From contig OZ024744.1 in assembly GCA_964016885.1 (NCBI GenBank), positions 10,602,001 to 10,666,000 of the forward strand: a stretch of 64,000 bases of DNA. The letters are read 5' to 3'. Made by a program: the position numbers and the translations under genes. Each line of letters begins with the position of its first letter. The stretch's first letter is position 1. Below, piece after piece: positions 27,501 through 42,270 of the stretch. A model generated the notes under the pieces. That model was not told the origin of the DNA. It made no database searches and saw nothing but the letters and a program-made list of their open reading frames with translations. The DNA is from Eledone cirrhosa (lineage: Eukaryota).

Positions 27501-30500
27501 GTTGTACTCCAATATGTTTTGATGTTGTACTCCAATATGTCGTGTTGTTGTACTCCAATATGTTGTGTTGTTGTTCTCCAATATGTCGTGTTGTTATACT
27601 CCAATATGTTATGATGTTGTACTCCAATATATTGTGTTGTTGTACTCCAATATGTTGTGTTGCTGTACTCCAATATGTTGTGTCGTTGTACTCCAATATG
27701 TTGTGTTGTTATACTCCAATATGTTGTGTTGTTGTACTCCAATATGTTGTGTTGTTGTACTCCAATATGTTGTGTTGTTGTACTCCAATATGTTGTGTTG
27801 TTGTACTCCAATATGTTGTGTTGTTGTACTCCAATAGGTTGTGTTGTTATACTCCAATATGTTGTGCTGTTGTACTCCAATATTTCGTGTTGCTGTACTC
27901 CAATACGTCGTGTTGTTGTACTCCAATATGTTTTGATGTTGTATTCCAATATGTTGTGTTGTTGTACTCCAATTTGTTTTGATGTTGTACTCCAATATGT
28001 TGTGTTGTTGTACTCCAATATGTTGTGTAGTCGTACTCCAATATGTTGTGTTGTTGTACTCCAATATGCTGTGATGTTGTACTCCAATGCGTTGTATTGT
28101 TGTACTCCAATGTGATGTGTTGTTGTACTCCAATATGTTGTGCCGTTGTACTCCAATATTTTTTTTTTTGTACTCCAATATGTTGTGTTGTTATACTCCA
28201 ATATGTTGTGTTGTTATACTCCAATATGTTGTGCTGTTGTACTCCAAATCTCGTGTTGTTATACTCCAATGTGTTGTGTTGTTATACTCCAATATGGTGT
28301 GTTGTTGTACTCCAATATGTTGTATTGTTTTTTTCCAATATGTCATGTTATACTCCAATATGTTGTGTTCGTGTACTCCAATATGTTGTGTTATTGTACT
28401 CCAATATGTTGCGTTGTTGTACTCCAATATGTTGTGTTGTTATACTCCAATATGTTGTGTTGTTGTACTCCAATATGTTGTCTTGTTGTACTCCAAAAGG
28501 CCATGTTATCGTACTCCAATATGTCTTGTTATACTCCAATATGTCGTGTGGCTGTACTCCAATATTTCATGTTGTTGTACTCCAATATGTCTTGTTATAG
28601 TCCAATATGTCGTGTTGTTGTACTCCAATATGTCATGTAGTTGTATTCCAATATTTCGTGTTGTTGTACCCCAATATGTCGTGTTGTTTATACTCCAATA
28701 TGTTTTGCTGTTGTACTCCAATATGTTGTGTTGCTGTACTCCAATATGTTGTGTTGTTATTCTCCAATATGTTGTGCTGTTGTACTCCAATGTGTTATGT
28801 TGTTATACTCCAATATGTTGCGCTGTGCTACTCCAATATATTGTGTTGTTGTACTCCAATGTGTTGTGTTGTTATACTCCAATATGTTGTGTTGATTTAC
28901 TCCAATATGTTGTGTTGTTGTACTCCAATCTGTTGTGTTGTTATACTCCAATATGTTGTGTTGTTATACTCCAATATGTTGTGTTGTTTTACTCCAATAT
29001 GTTGTGTTGTTGTACTCCAATATGTTGTGTTGTTGTACTCCAATATGTTGTGTTGTTGTAATCCAATATCTTGTGTTGTTATACTCCAATATGTTGTGTT
29101 GTTGTACTCCAATATGTTGTGTTGTTATACTCCAATATGTTGTGTTGTGATACTCCAATATGTTGTGTTGTTGTACTCCAATATGTTGTGTTGTTATACT
29201 CCAATATGTTGTGTTATTTTACTCCAATATGTTGTGTTGTTGTACTCCAATATGTTGTATTGTTGTTCTCCAATATGTCATGTTATACTCCAATAAGTTG
29301 TGTTCTTGTACTCCAATATGTTGTGTTGTTGTACTCTAATATATCATGTTGTCGTACTCTAATATGTCATGTTATACTCCAATATGTCGTTGTTGTACTC
29401 CAATATGTTGTGTTGTTATTCTCCAATATGTTGTGCTGTTGTACTCCAATGTGTTATGTTGTTATACTCCAATATGTTGTGCTGTGCTACTCCAATATAT
29501 TGTGTTGTTGTACTCCAATGTGTTGTGTTGTTATACTCCAATATGTTTTGATGTTGTACTGCAATATGTCGTGTTGTTGTACTCCAATATGTTGTGTTGT
29601 TGTACTCCAATATGCTGTGTTGTTATACTCCTATATGTTGTGCTGTTGTACTTCAATATGTTGTGTTCTACTCCAATATGTTGTGTTGTTATACTCCAAT
29701 ATGTTGTGCTGTGCTACTCCAATATATTGTGTTGTTGTACTCCAATGTGTTGTGTTGTTATACTCCAATATGTTTTGATGTTGTACTGCAATATGTCGTG
29801 TTGTTGTACTCCAATATGTCGTGTGGCTGTACTCCAATATGTCATGTTGTTGTACTCCAATATGTCGTTGTTATACTCCAATATGTCATGTTACTGTACT
29901 CCAACATGTCGTGTTGTAGTACTCCAATATGTGTTGATGTTGTACTCCAATATGTTGTGTTGTTGTACTCCAATGTGTTGTGTTGTTGTACTCCAATATG
30001 TTGTGTTGTTGTACTCCAATATGTTGTGTTGTTATACTCCAATATGTTGTGCTGTTGTACTCCAATATGTCATGTTGTTGTACTCCGATATTTCGTGTTG
30101 TTCTACTCCAATATTTCGTGTTGTTGTACTCCAATATGTCGTGGTGTTGTACTCCAATATGTTTTGATGTTGTACTGCAATATGTCGTGTTGTTGTACTC
30201 CAATATGTTGTGTTGTTGTACTCCAATATGCTGTGTTGTTATACTCCTATATGTTGTGCTGTTGTACTTCAATATGTTGTGTTCTACTCCAATATGTTGT
30301 GTTGCTGTACTCCAATATGTTGTGTTGTTGTACTCCAATATGTGATGTTGTTGTACTCCAATATGTCGTATTGTTGTACTCCAATATATTGTGTTGTTAT
30401 ACTCCAATATTTCGTGTTGTTTTAGTCCAATATGTCATGTTGTTTTACTCCAATATTTCGTGTTGTTGTACTCCAATATGTCGTGGTGTTGTACTCCAAT

Positions 30501-31096
30501 ATGTTTTGATGTTGTACTCCAATATGTCGTGTTGTTGTACTCCAATATGTTGTGTTGTTGTTCTCCAATATGTCGTGTTGTTATACTCCAATATGTTATG
30601 ATGTTGTACTCCAATATATTGTGTTGTTGTACTCCAATATATTGTGTTGCTGTACTCCAATATGTTGTGTCGTTGTACTCCAATATGTTGTGTTGTTGTA
30701 CTCCAATATGTTGTGTTGTTGTACTCCAATATGTTGTGTTGTTGTACTCCAATATGTTGTGTTGTTGTACTCCAATATGTTGTGTTGTTGTACTCCAATA
30801 GGTTGTGTTGTTATACTCCAATATGTTGTGCTGTTGTACTCCAATATTTCGTGTTGTTGTACTCCAATACGTCGTGTTGTTGTACTCCAATATGTTTTGA
30901 TGTTGTACTCCAATATGTTGTGTTGTTGTACTCCAATATGTTTTGATGTTGTACTCCAATATGTTGTGTTGTTGTACTCCAATATGTTTTGATGTTGTAC
31001 TCCAATATGTTGTGTTGTTGTACTCCAATATGTTGTGTAGTCGTACTCCAATATGTTGTGTTGTTGTACTCCAATATGCTGTGATGTTGTACTCCA
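18565..31096 (+). repeat. Higher-order macro-unit copy 3 (~12.53 kb)
   Basis: Same start landmark. Collinear with 31097-42270 at offsets 12532/12534, 12626, 12944 and 12875/12876 (e.g. ORFs 22882/35826, 25580/38524, 28191/41067). Confidence 0.85.
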
Positions 31097-34000
31097 ATGC
31101 GTTGTATTGTTATACTCCAATGTGATGTGTTGTTGTACTCCAATATGGTGTGCCGTTGTACTCCAATATTTTTTTTATTTTTGTACTCCAATATGTTGTG
31201 TTGTTATACTCCAATATGTTGTGTTGTTATACTCCAATATGTTGTGCTGTTATACTCCAATATGTTGTGCTGTTGTACTCCAAATCTCGTGTTGTTATAC
31301 TCCAATGTGTTGTGTTGTTATACTCCAATATGGTGTGTTGTTGTACTCCAATATGTTGTATTGTTTTTTTCCAATATGTCATGTTATACTCCAATATGTT
31401 GTGTTCGTGTACTCCAATATGTTGTGTTACTGTACTCCAATATGTTGCGTTGTTGTACTCCAATATGTTGTGTTGTTATACTCCAATATGTTGTGTTGTT
31501 GTACTCCAATATGTTGTCTTGTTGTACTCCAAAAGGCCATGTTATCGTACTCCAATATGTCTTGTTATACTCCAATATGTCGTGTGGCTGTACTCCAATA
31601 TGTCATGTTGTTGTACTCCAATATGTCGTGTTGTTTATACTCCAATATCTTTTGCTGTTGTACTCCAATATGTTGTGTTGCTGTACTCCAATATGTTGTG
31701 TTGTTATTCTCCAATATGTTGTGCTGTTGTACTCCAATGTGTTATGTTGTTATACTCCAATATGTTGTGCTGTGCTACTCCAATATATTGTGTTGTTGTA
31801 CTCCAATGTGTTGTGTTGTTATACTCCAATATGTTGTGTTGTTGTACTCCAATATGTTGTGTTGTTATACTCCAATATGTTGTGTTGTGATACTCCAATA
31901 TGTTGTGTTGTTGTACTCCAATATGTTGTGTTGTTATACTCCAATATGTTGTGTTATTTTACTCCAATATGTTGTGTTGTTGTACTCCAATATGGTGTAT
32001 TGTTGTTCTCCAATATGTCATGTTATACTCCAATAAGTTGTGTTCTTGTACTCCAATATGTTGTGTTGTTGTACTCTAATATATCATGTTGTCGTACTCT
32101 AATATGTCATGTTATACTCCAATATGTCGTTGTTATACTCCAATATGTCATGTTGTTGTACTCCAATATGTCGTATTGTTGTACTCCAATATGTTTTGAT
32201 GTTGTACTCCAATATGTTGTGTTGTTGTACTCCAATATGTTGTGTAGTCGTACTCCAATATGTTGTATTGTTATACTCCAATATGTTGTGCTGTTGTACT
32301 CCAATATGTTCTGTTGTTGTACTCCAATATATTGTGTTGCTGTACTCCAATATGTCGTGTTGTTGTACTCCAATATGTTGTGTTGTTGTACTCCAATATG
32401 TTATGTTGTTGTACTCCAATATGTTGTGTTGTTATACTCCAATATGTTATGTTGTTGTACTCCAATATGTCATGTTGTTGTACTCCAATATGTTTTGATG
32501 CTGTACTCCAATATGTTGTGTTGTTGTACTCCAATATGTTTTGATGTTGTACTCCAATATGTTGTGTTGTTGTACTCCAATATGTTGTGTAGTCGTACTC
32601 CAATATGTTGTGTTGTTGTACTCCAATATGATGTGATGTTGTACTCCAATATGATGTGATGTTGTACTCCAATGCGTTGTGTTGTTGTACTCCAATATGC
32701 TGTGTTGTTATACTCCAATATGTTGTGTTGTTGTACTCCAATATGTTGTGTTGTTGTACTCCAATATGTTGTGTTGTTGTAATCCAATATCTTGTGTTGT
32801 TATACTCCAATATGTTGTGCTGTTGTACTCCAATATGTTGAGTTGTTATACTCCAATATGTAGTGTTGTTATACTCCAATATGTTGTGTTGTTGTACTCC
32901 AATCTGTTGCGTTATACTCCAATATGTTGTGTTGTTATACTCCAATATGTTGTGTTGTTTTACTCCAATATGTTGTATTGTTGATCTCCAATATGTCATA
33001 TTATACTCCAATAAGTTGTGTTCTTGTACTCCAATATGTGTTGTTGTTGTACTCCAATATGTTGCGTTGTTGTACTCCAATATATCATGTTGTCGTACTC
33101 CAATATGTCATGTTATACTCCAATATGTCGTTGTTATACTCCAATAGGTCATGATGTTGTACTCCAATATTTCGCGTTGTCGTACTCCAATATGTTGTGT
33201 TGTACTCCAATATGTTGTGCTGTTGTACTCCAATATGTTGTGTTGTTGTACTCCAATATGTTGTGTTGTTATACTCCAATATGTTGTGCTGTTGTACTCC
33301 AATATTTCGTGTTGTTGTACTCCAATACGTCGTGTTGTACTCCAATATGTTGTATTGTTATACTCCAATATGTTATGTTGTTGTACTCCAATATGTCTTG
33401 TTGTTGTACTTCAATATGTTTTGATGTTGTACTCCAATATGTTGTGTTGTTGTACTCCAATATGTTTTGATGTTGTACTCCAATATGTTGTGTTGTTGTA
33501 CTCCAATATGTTGTGTAGTCGTACTCCAATATGTTGCGTTGTTGTACTCTAATGTGTTGTGTTGTTATTCTCCAATATGTTGCGATGTTGTACTCCAATG
33601 CGTTGTGTTGTTGTACTCCAATGTGATGTGTTGTTATACTCCAATATGTTGTGCTGTTGTACTCCAATATTTTTTGTTTTTTGTACTCCAATATGTTGTG
33701 TTGTTATACTCCAATATGTTGTGTTATTATACTCCAATATGTTGTGCTGTTGTACTCCAAATCTCGTGTTGTTATACTCCAATGTGTTGTGTTGTTATAC
33801 TCCAATATGGTGTGTTGTTGTACTCCAATATGTTGTATTGTTTTCTCCAATATGTCATGTTATACTCCAATATGGTGTGTTCGTGTACTTCAATATGTTG
33901 TGTTATTGTACTCCAATATGTTGCGTTGTTGTACTCCAATATGTTGTGTTGTTATACTCCAATATGTCATGTGGCTGTACTCCAATATGTCATGTTGTTG

Positions 34001-37000
34001 TACTCCAATATGTCTTGTTATAGTCCAATATGTCGTGTTGTTGTACTCCAATATATCATGTAGTTGTACTCCAATATTTCGTGTTGTTGTACCCCAATAT
34101 GTAGTGTTGTTTATACTCCAATATGTTTTGCTGTTGTACTCCAATATGTTGTGTTGCTGTACTCCTATATGTTGTGTTGTTATTCTCCAATATGTTGTGC
34201 TGTTGTACTCCAATGTGTTGTGTTGTTATACTCCAATATGTTGTGTTGATTTACTCCAATATGTTGTGTTGTTGTACTCCAATCTGTTGTGTTGTTATAC
34301 TCCAATGTGTTGTGTTGTTATACTCCAATATGTTGTGTTGTTGTAGTCCAATATGTTGTGTTGTCGTACTCCAATATGTTGTGTTGTTATACTCCAATAT
34401 TTCGTGTGGTTGTACTCCAATATGTCATGGTGTTGTACTTCAATATGTCGTGTTGTTTTACTCCAATATGTTGTCTTGCTGTACTCCAATCTGTTGTATT
34501 GTTGTACTTCAATATGTTCTGTTGTTGTACTCCAATATATTGTGTTGTTGTACTCCAATATGTTGTGTTGTTGTACTCCAATATGCTGTGTTGTTGTACT
34601 CCAATATGTTGTGTTGTTATACTCCAATATGTTGTGTTGTTGTACTCCAATATCTTGTGTTGTTATACTCCAATATGTTGTGTTGTTATACTCCAATATG
34701 TTGTGTTGTTGTACTCCAATATATTGTGCTGTTGTACTCCAATATGATGTGCTGTTATACTCCAATATGTTGTGTTGTTGTACTCCAATATGTTGTGTTG
34801 TTATACTCCAATATGTTGTGCCGTTGTACTCCAATATTTTTTTTGTTTTTGTACTCCAAAATGTTGTGTTGTTATACTCCAATATGTTGTGTTGTTATAC
34901 ACCAATGTGGTGTGCTGTTGTAATCCAATATGTTATGTTGTACTCCAATATGTTGTGTTGTTATACTCCAATATGTAGTGTTGTTATACTCCAATATGTT
35001 GTGTTGTTGTACTCCAATCTGTTGTGTTATACTCCAATATGTTGTGTTGTTATACTCCAATATGTTGTGTCGTTATACTCCAATATGTTGTGTTGTTTTA
35101 CTCCAATATGTTGTGTTGTTGTACTCCAATATGTTGTATTGTTGTTCTCCAATATGTCATGCTATACTCCAATAAGTTGTGTTCTTGTACTCCAATGTGT
35201 TTTGTTGTTGTACTCCAATATGTTGTGTTGTTGTACTCCAATATATCATGTTGTCGTACTCCAATATGTCATGTTATACTCCAATATGTCGTTGTTATAC
35301 TCCAATATGTCATGTTGCTGTACTCCAACATGTCGTGTTGTAGTACTCCAATATGTGTTGATGTTGTACTCCAATATGTTGTGTTGTTGTACTCCAATAT
35401 GTTGTGTTGTTGTACTCCAATATGTTGTGTTGTTATACTCCAATATGTTGTGCTGTTGTACTCCAATATGTCATGTTGTTGTACTCCGATATTTCGTGTT
35501 GTTCTACTCCAATATTTCGTGTTGTTGTACTCCAATATGTCGTGGTGTTGTACTCCAATATGTTTTGATGTTGTACTCCAATATGTCGTGTTGTTGTACT
35601 CCAATATGTTGTGTTGTTGTACTCCAATATGCTGTGTTGTTATACTCCTATATGTTGTGCTGTTGTACTCCAATATGTTGTGTTGTTGTACTCCAATATG
35701 TTGTGTTGTTGTACTCCAATATGTTGTGTTGTTGTACTCCAATATGTGATGTTGTTGTACTCCAATATGTCGTATTGTTGTACTCCAATATATTGTGTTG
35801 TTATACTCCAATATTTCGTGTTGTTTTAGTCCAATATGTCATGTTGTTTTACTCCAATATTTCGTGTTGTTGTACTCCAATATGTCATGGTGTTGTACTT
35901 GAATATGTCGTATTGTTGTACTCCAATATGTTGTGTTGTTGTTCTCCAATATGTCGTGTTGTTATACTCCAATATGTTATGATGTTGTACTCCAATATAT
36001 TGTGTTGTTGTACTCCAATATGTTGTGTTGCTGTACTCCAATATGTTGTGTCGTTGTACTCCAATATGTCTTGTTATAGTCCAATATGTCGTGTTGTTGT
36101 ACTCCAATATGTTATGTAGTAGTAGTCCAATATTTCGTGTTGTTGTACCCCAATATGTCGTGTTGTTTATACTCCAATATGTTTTGCTGTTGTACTCCAA
36201 TATGTTGTGTTGCTGTACTCCAATATGTTGTGTTGTTATTCTCCAATATGTTGTGCTGTTGTACTCCAATGTGTTATGTTGTTATACTCCAATATGTTGT
36301 GCTGTGCTACTCCAATATATTGTGTTGTTGTACTCCAATGTGTTGTGTTGTTATACTCCAATATGTTGTGTTGACTTACTCCAATATGTTGTGTTGTTGT
36401 ACTCCAATCTGTTGTGTTGTTATACTCCAATATGTTGTGTTGTTATACTCCAATATGTTGTGTTGTTTTACTCCAATATGTTGTGTTGTTGTACTCCAAT
36501 ATGTTGTGTTGTTGTACTCCAATATCTTGTGTTGTTGTAATCCAATATCTTGTGTTGTTATACTCCAATATGTTGTGTTGTTGTACTCCAATATGTTGTG
36601 TTGTTATACTCCAATATGTTGTGTTGTGATACTCCAATATGTTGTGCTGTTGTACTCCAATATGTTGTGTTGTTATACTCCAATATGTTGTGTTGTTTTA
36701 CTCCAATATGTTGTGTTGTTGTACTCCAATATGTTGTGTTGTTGTACTCCAATATATCATGTTGTCGTACTCCAATATGTCATGTTATACTCCAATATGT
36801 CGTTGTTATACTCCAATATGTCATGTTGTTGTACTCCAATATGTCGTATTGTTGTACTACAATATGTTTTGATGTTGTACTCCAATATGTTCTGTTGTTG
36901 TACTCCAATATATTGTGTTGTTGTACTCCAATATGTCGTGTTGTTGTACTCAAATATGTCGTGTTTTTGTACTCCAATATGTTGTGTTGTTGTACTCCAA

Positions 37001-40000
37001 TATGTTGTGTTGTTGTACTCCAATAGGTTGTGTTGTTATACTCCAATATGTTATGTTGTTGTACTCCAATATGTCATGTTGTTGTACTCCAATATGTTTT
37101 GATGTTGTACTCCAATATGTTGTGTTGTGTACTCCAATATGGTTTGATGTTGTACTCCAATATGTTGTGTTGTTGTACTCCAATATGCTGTGTAGTCGTA
37201 CTCCAATATGTTGTGTTGTTGTACTCCAATATGCTGTGATGTTGTACTCCAATATGATGTGCTGTTGTACTCCAATGCATTGTGTTGTTGTACTCCAATA
37301 TGCTGTGTTGTTATACTCCAATATGTTGTGTTGTTGTACTCCAATATGTTGTGTTGTTGTACTCCAATATGTTGTGTTGTTGTAATCCAATATCTTGTGC
37401 TGTTATACTCCAATATGTTGTGCTGTTGTACTCCAATATGTTGAGTTGTTATACTCCAATATGTAGTGTTGTTATACTCCAATATGTTGTGTTGTTGTAC
37501 TCCAATCTGTTGCGTTATACTCCAATATGTTGTGTTGTTATACTCCAATATGTTGTGTTGTTATACTCCAATATGTTGTGTTGTTTTACTCCAATATGTT
37601 GTATTGTTGATCTCCAATATGTCATATTATACTCCAATAAGTTGTGTTCTTGTACTCCAATATGTGTTGTTGTTGTACTCCAATATGTTGCGTTGTTGTA
37701 CTCCAATATATCATGTTGTCGTACTCCAATATGTCATGTTATACTCCAATATGTTTTGATGCTGTACTCCAATATGTTGTGTTGTTGTACTACAATATGT
37801 TGTGTTGTTGTACTCCAATATGTTGTGTTGTTATACTCCAATATGTTGTGCTGTTGTACTCCAATATGTTGTGTTGTTATACTCCAATATGTAGTGTTGT
37901 TATACTCCAATATGTTGTGTTGTTGTACTCCAATCTGTTGTGTTGTTATACTCCAATATATTGTGTTGTTATACTCCAATATGTTGTGTTGTTTTACTCC
38001 AATATGTTGTGTTGTTGTACTCCAATATGCTGTATTGTTGTTCTCCAATATGTCATGTTATACTCCAATAAGTTGTGTTCTTGTACTCCAATATGTTGTG
38101 TTGTTGTACTCCAATATGTTGTGTTGTTGTACTCCAATACATCATGTTGTCGTACTCCAATATGTCACGTTATACTCCAATATGTCGTTGTTATACTCCA
38201 ATAGGTCACGATGTTGTACTCCAATATGTCGCGTTGTCGTACTCCAATATGTTGTGTTGTACTCCAATATGTTGTGCTGTTGTACTCCAATATGTTGTGT
38301 TGTTGTACTCCAATATGTTGTGTTGTTATACTCCAATATGTTGTGCTGTTGTACTCCAATATTTCGAGTTGTTGTACTCCAATACGTCGTGTTGTACTCC
38401 AATATGTTGTATTGTTATACTCCAATATGTTATGTTGTTGTACTCCAATATGCCTTGTTGTTGTACTCCAATATGTTTTGATGTTGTACTCCAATATGTT
38501 GTGTTGTTGTACTCCAATATGTTTTGATGTTGTACTCCAATATGTTGTGTTGTTGTACTCCAATATGTTGTGTAGTCGTACTCCAATATGTTGCGTTGTT
38601 GTACTCTAATGTGTTGTGTTGTTATTCTCCAATATGTTGTGATGTTGTACTCCAATGCGTTGTGTTGTTGTACTCCAATGTGATGTGTTGTTATTATCCA
38701 ATATGTTGTGCTGTTGTACTCCAATGTGTTGTGTTGTTATACTCCAATATGTTGTGTTGATTTACTCCAATATGTTGTGTTGTTGTACTCCAATCTGTTG
38801 TGTTGTTATACTCCAATGTGTTGTGTTGTTATACTCCAATATGTTGTGTTGTTGTAGTCCAATATGTTGTGTTGTCGTACTCCAATATGTTGTGTTGTTA
38901 TACTCCAATATTTCGTGTGGTTGTACTCCAATATGTCATGGTGTTGTACTTCAATATGTCGTGTTGTTTTACTCCAATATGTTGTCTTGCTGTACTCCAA
39001 TCTGTTGTATTGTTGTACTTCAATATGTTCTGTTGTTGTACTCCAATATATTGTGTTGTTGTACTCCAATATGTTGTGTTGTTGTACTCCAATATGCTGT
39101 GTTGTTATACTCCAATATGTTGTGTTGTTATACTCCAATATGTTGTGTTGTTGTACTCCAATATCTTGTGTTGTTATACTCCAATATGTTGTGTTGTTAT
39201 ACTCCAATATGTTGTGTTGTTGTACTCCAATATGTTGTGCTGTTGTACTCCAATATGATGTGCTGTTATACTCCAATATGTTGTGTTGTTGTACTCCAAT
39301 GTGTTGTGTTGTTGTACTCCAATATGTTGTGCCGTTGTACTCCAATATTTTTTTGTTTTTGTACTCCAAAATGTTGTGTTGTTATACTCCAATATGTTGT
39401 GTTGTTATACACCAATGTGGTGTGCTGTTGTAATCCAATATGTTATGTTGTACTCCAATATGTTGTGTTGTTATACTCCAATATGTAGTGTTGTTATACT
39501 CCAATATGTTGTGTTGTTGTACTCCAATCTGTTGTGTTATACTCCAATATGTTGTGTTGTTATACTCCAATATGTTGTGTCGTTATACTCCAATATGTTG
39601 TGTTGTTTTACTCCAATATGTTGTGTTGTTGTACTCCAATATGTTGTATTGTTGTTCTCCAATATGTCATGCTATACTCCAATAAGTTGTGTTCTTGTAC
39701 TCCAATATGTTTTGTTGTTGTACTCCAATATGTTGTGTTGTTGTACTCCAATATATCATGTTGTCGTACTCCAATATGTCATGTTATACTCCAATATGTC
39801 GTTGTTATACTCCAATATGTCATGTTACTGTACTCCAACATGTCGTGTTGTAGTACTCCAATATGTGTTGATGTTGTACTCCAATATGTTGTGTTGTTGT
39901 ACTCCAATATGTTGTGTTGTTGTACTCCAATATGTTGTGTTGTTGTACTCCAATATGTTGTGTTGTTATACTCCAATATGTTGTGCTGTTGTACTCCAAT

Positions 40001-42270
40001 ATGTCATGTTGTTGTACTCCGATATTTCGTGTTGTTCTACTCCAATATTTCGTGTTGTTGTACTCCAATATGTCGTGGTGTTGTACTCCAATATGTTTTG
40101 ATGTTGTACTGCAATATGTCGTGTTGTTGTACTCCAATATGTTGTGTTGTTGTACTCCAATATGCTGTGTTGTTATACTCCTATATGTTGTGCTGTTGTA
40201 CTTCAATATGTTGTGTTCTACTCCAATATGTTGTGTTGTTATACTCCAATATGTTGTGTTGCTGTACTCCAATATGTTGTGTTGTTGTACTCCAATATTT
40301 CGTGTTGTTTTAGTCCAATATGTCGTGTTGTTTTACTCCAATATATTGTGTTGTTATACTCCAATATTTCGTGTTGTTTTAGTCCAATATGTCATGTTGT
40401 TTTACTCCAATATTTCGTGTTGTTGTACTCCAATATGTCGTGGTGTTGTACTCCAATATGTTTTGATGTTGTACTCCAATATGTTATGATGTTGTACTCC
40501 AATATATTGTGTTGTTGTACTCCAATATGTTGTGTTGCTGTACTCCAATATGTTGTGTCGTTGTACTCCAATATGTTGTGTTGTTGTACTCCAATATGTT
40601 GTGTTGTTGTACTCCAATATGTTGTGTTGTTGTACTCCAATATGTTGTGTTGTTGTACTCCAATATGTTGTGTTGTTGTACTCCAATATGTTGTGTTGTT
40701 GTACTCCAATAGGTTGTGTTGTTATACTCCAATATGTTGTGCTGTTGTACTCCAATATTTCATGTTGCTGTACTCCAATACGTCGTGTTGTTGTACTCCA
40801 ATATGTTTTGATGTTGTATTCCAATATGTTGTGTTGTTGTACTCCAATATGTTTTGATGTTGTACTCCAATATGTTGTGTTGTTGTACTCCAATATGTTG
40901 TGTAGTCGTACTCCAATATGTTGTGTTGTTGTACTCCAATATGCTGTGATGTTGTACTCCAATGCGTTGTATTGTTGTACTCCAATGTGATGTGTTGTTG
41001 TACTCCAATATGTTGTGCCGTTGTACTCCAATATTTTTTATTTTTGTACTCCAATATGTTGTGTTGTTATACTCCAATATGTTGTGTTGTTATACTCCAA
41101 TATGTTGTGCTGTTGTACTCCAAATCTCGTGTTGTTATACTCCAATGTGTTGTGTTGTTATACTCCAATATGGTGTGTTGTTGTACTCCAATATGTTGTA
41201 TTGTTTTTTTCCAATATGTCATGTTATACTCCAATATGTTGTGTTCGTGTACTCCAATATGTTGTGTTATTGTACTCCAATATGTTGCGTTGTTGTACTC
41301 CAATATATTGTGTTGTTATACTCCAATATGTTGTGTTGTTGTACTCCAATATGTTGTCTTGTTGTACTCCAAAAGGCCATGTTATCGTACTCCAATATGT
41401 CTTGTTATACTCCAATATGTCGTGTGGCTGTACTCCAATATGTCATGTTGTTGTACTCCAATATGTCTTGTTATAGTCCAATATGTCGTGTTGTTGTACT
41501 CCAATATGTCATGTAGTTGTATTCCAATATTTCGTGTTGTTGTACCCCAATATGTCGTGTTGTTTATACTCCAATATGTTTTGCTGTTGTACTCCAATAT
41601 GTTGTGTTGCTGTACTCCAATATGTTGTGTTGTTATTCTCCAATATGTTGTGCTGTTGTACTCCAATGTGTTATGTTGTTATACTCCAATATGTTGTGCT
41701 GTGCTACTCCAATATATTGTGTTGTTGTACTCCAATGTGTTGTGTTGTTATACTCCAATATGTTGTGTTGATTTACTCCAATATGTTGTGTTGTTGTACT
41801 CCAATCTGTTGTGTTGTTATACTCCAATATGTTGTGTTGTTATACTCCAATATGTTGTGTTGTTTTACTCCAATATGTTGTGTTGTTGTACTCCAATATG
41901 TTGTGTTGTTGTACTCCAATATGTTGTGTTGTTGTAATCCAATATCTTGTGTTGTTATACTCCAATATGTTGTGTTGTTGTACTCCAATATGTTGTGTTG
42001 TTATACTCCAATATGTTGTGTTGTGATACTCCAATATGTTGTGTTGTTGTACTCCAATATGTTGTGTTGTTATACTCCAATATGTTGTGTTATTTTACTC
42101 CAATATGTTGTGTTGTTGTACTCCAATATGTTGTATTGTTGTTCTCCAATATGTCATGTTATACTCCAATAAGTTGTGTTCTTGTACTCCAATATGTTGT
42201 GTTGTTGTACTCTAATATATCATGTTGTCGTACTCTAATATGTCATGTTATACTCCAATATGTCGTTGTT
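31097..42270 (+). repeat. Higher-order macro-unit copy 4 (collinear with copy 3 for ~11.2 kb, then switches register)
   Basis: Paired ORFs with copy 3 up to 41947/29071. After ~42270 the variant order follows the 9.15-10 kb region instead (ORF 41947 resembles ORF 8825, offset 33122). Confidence 0.75.
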
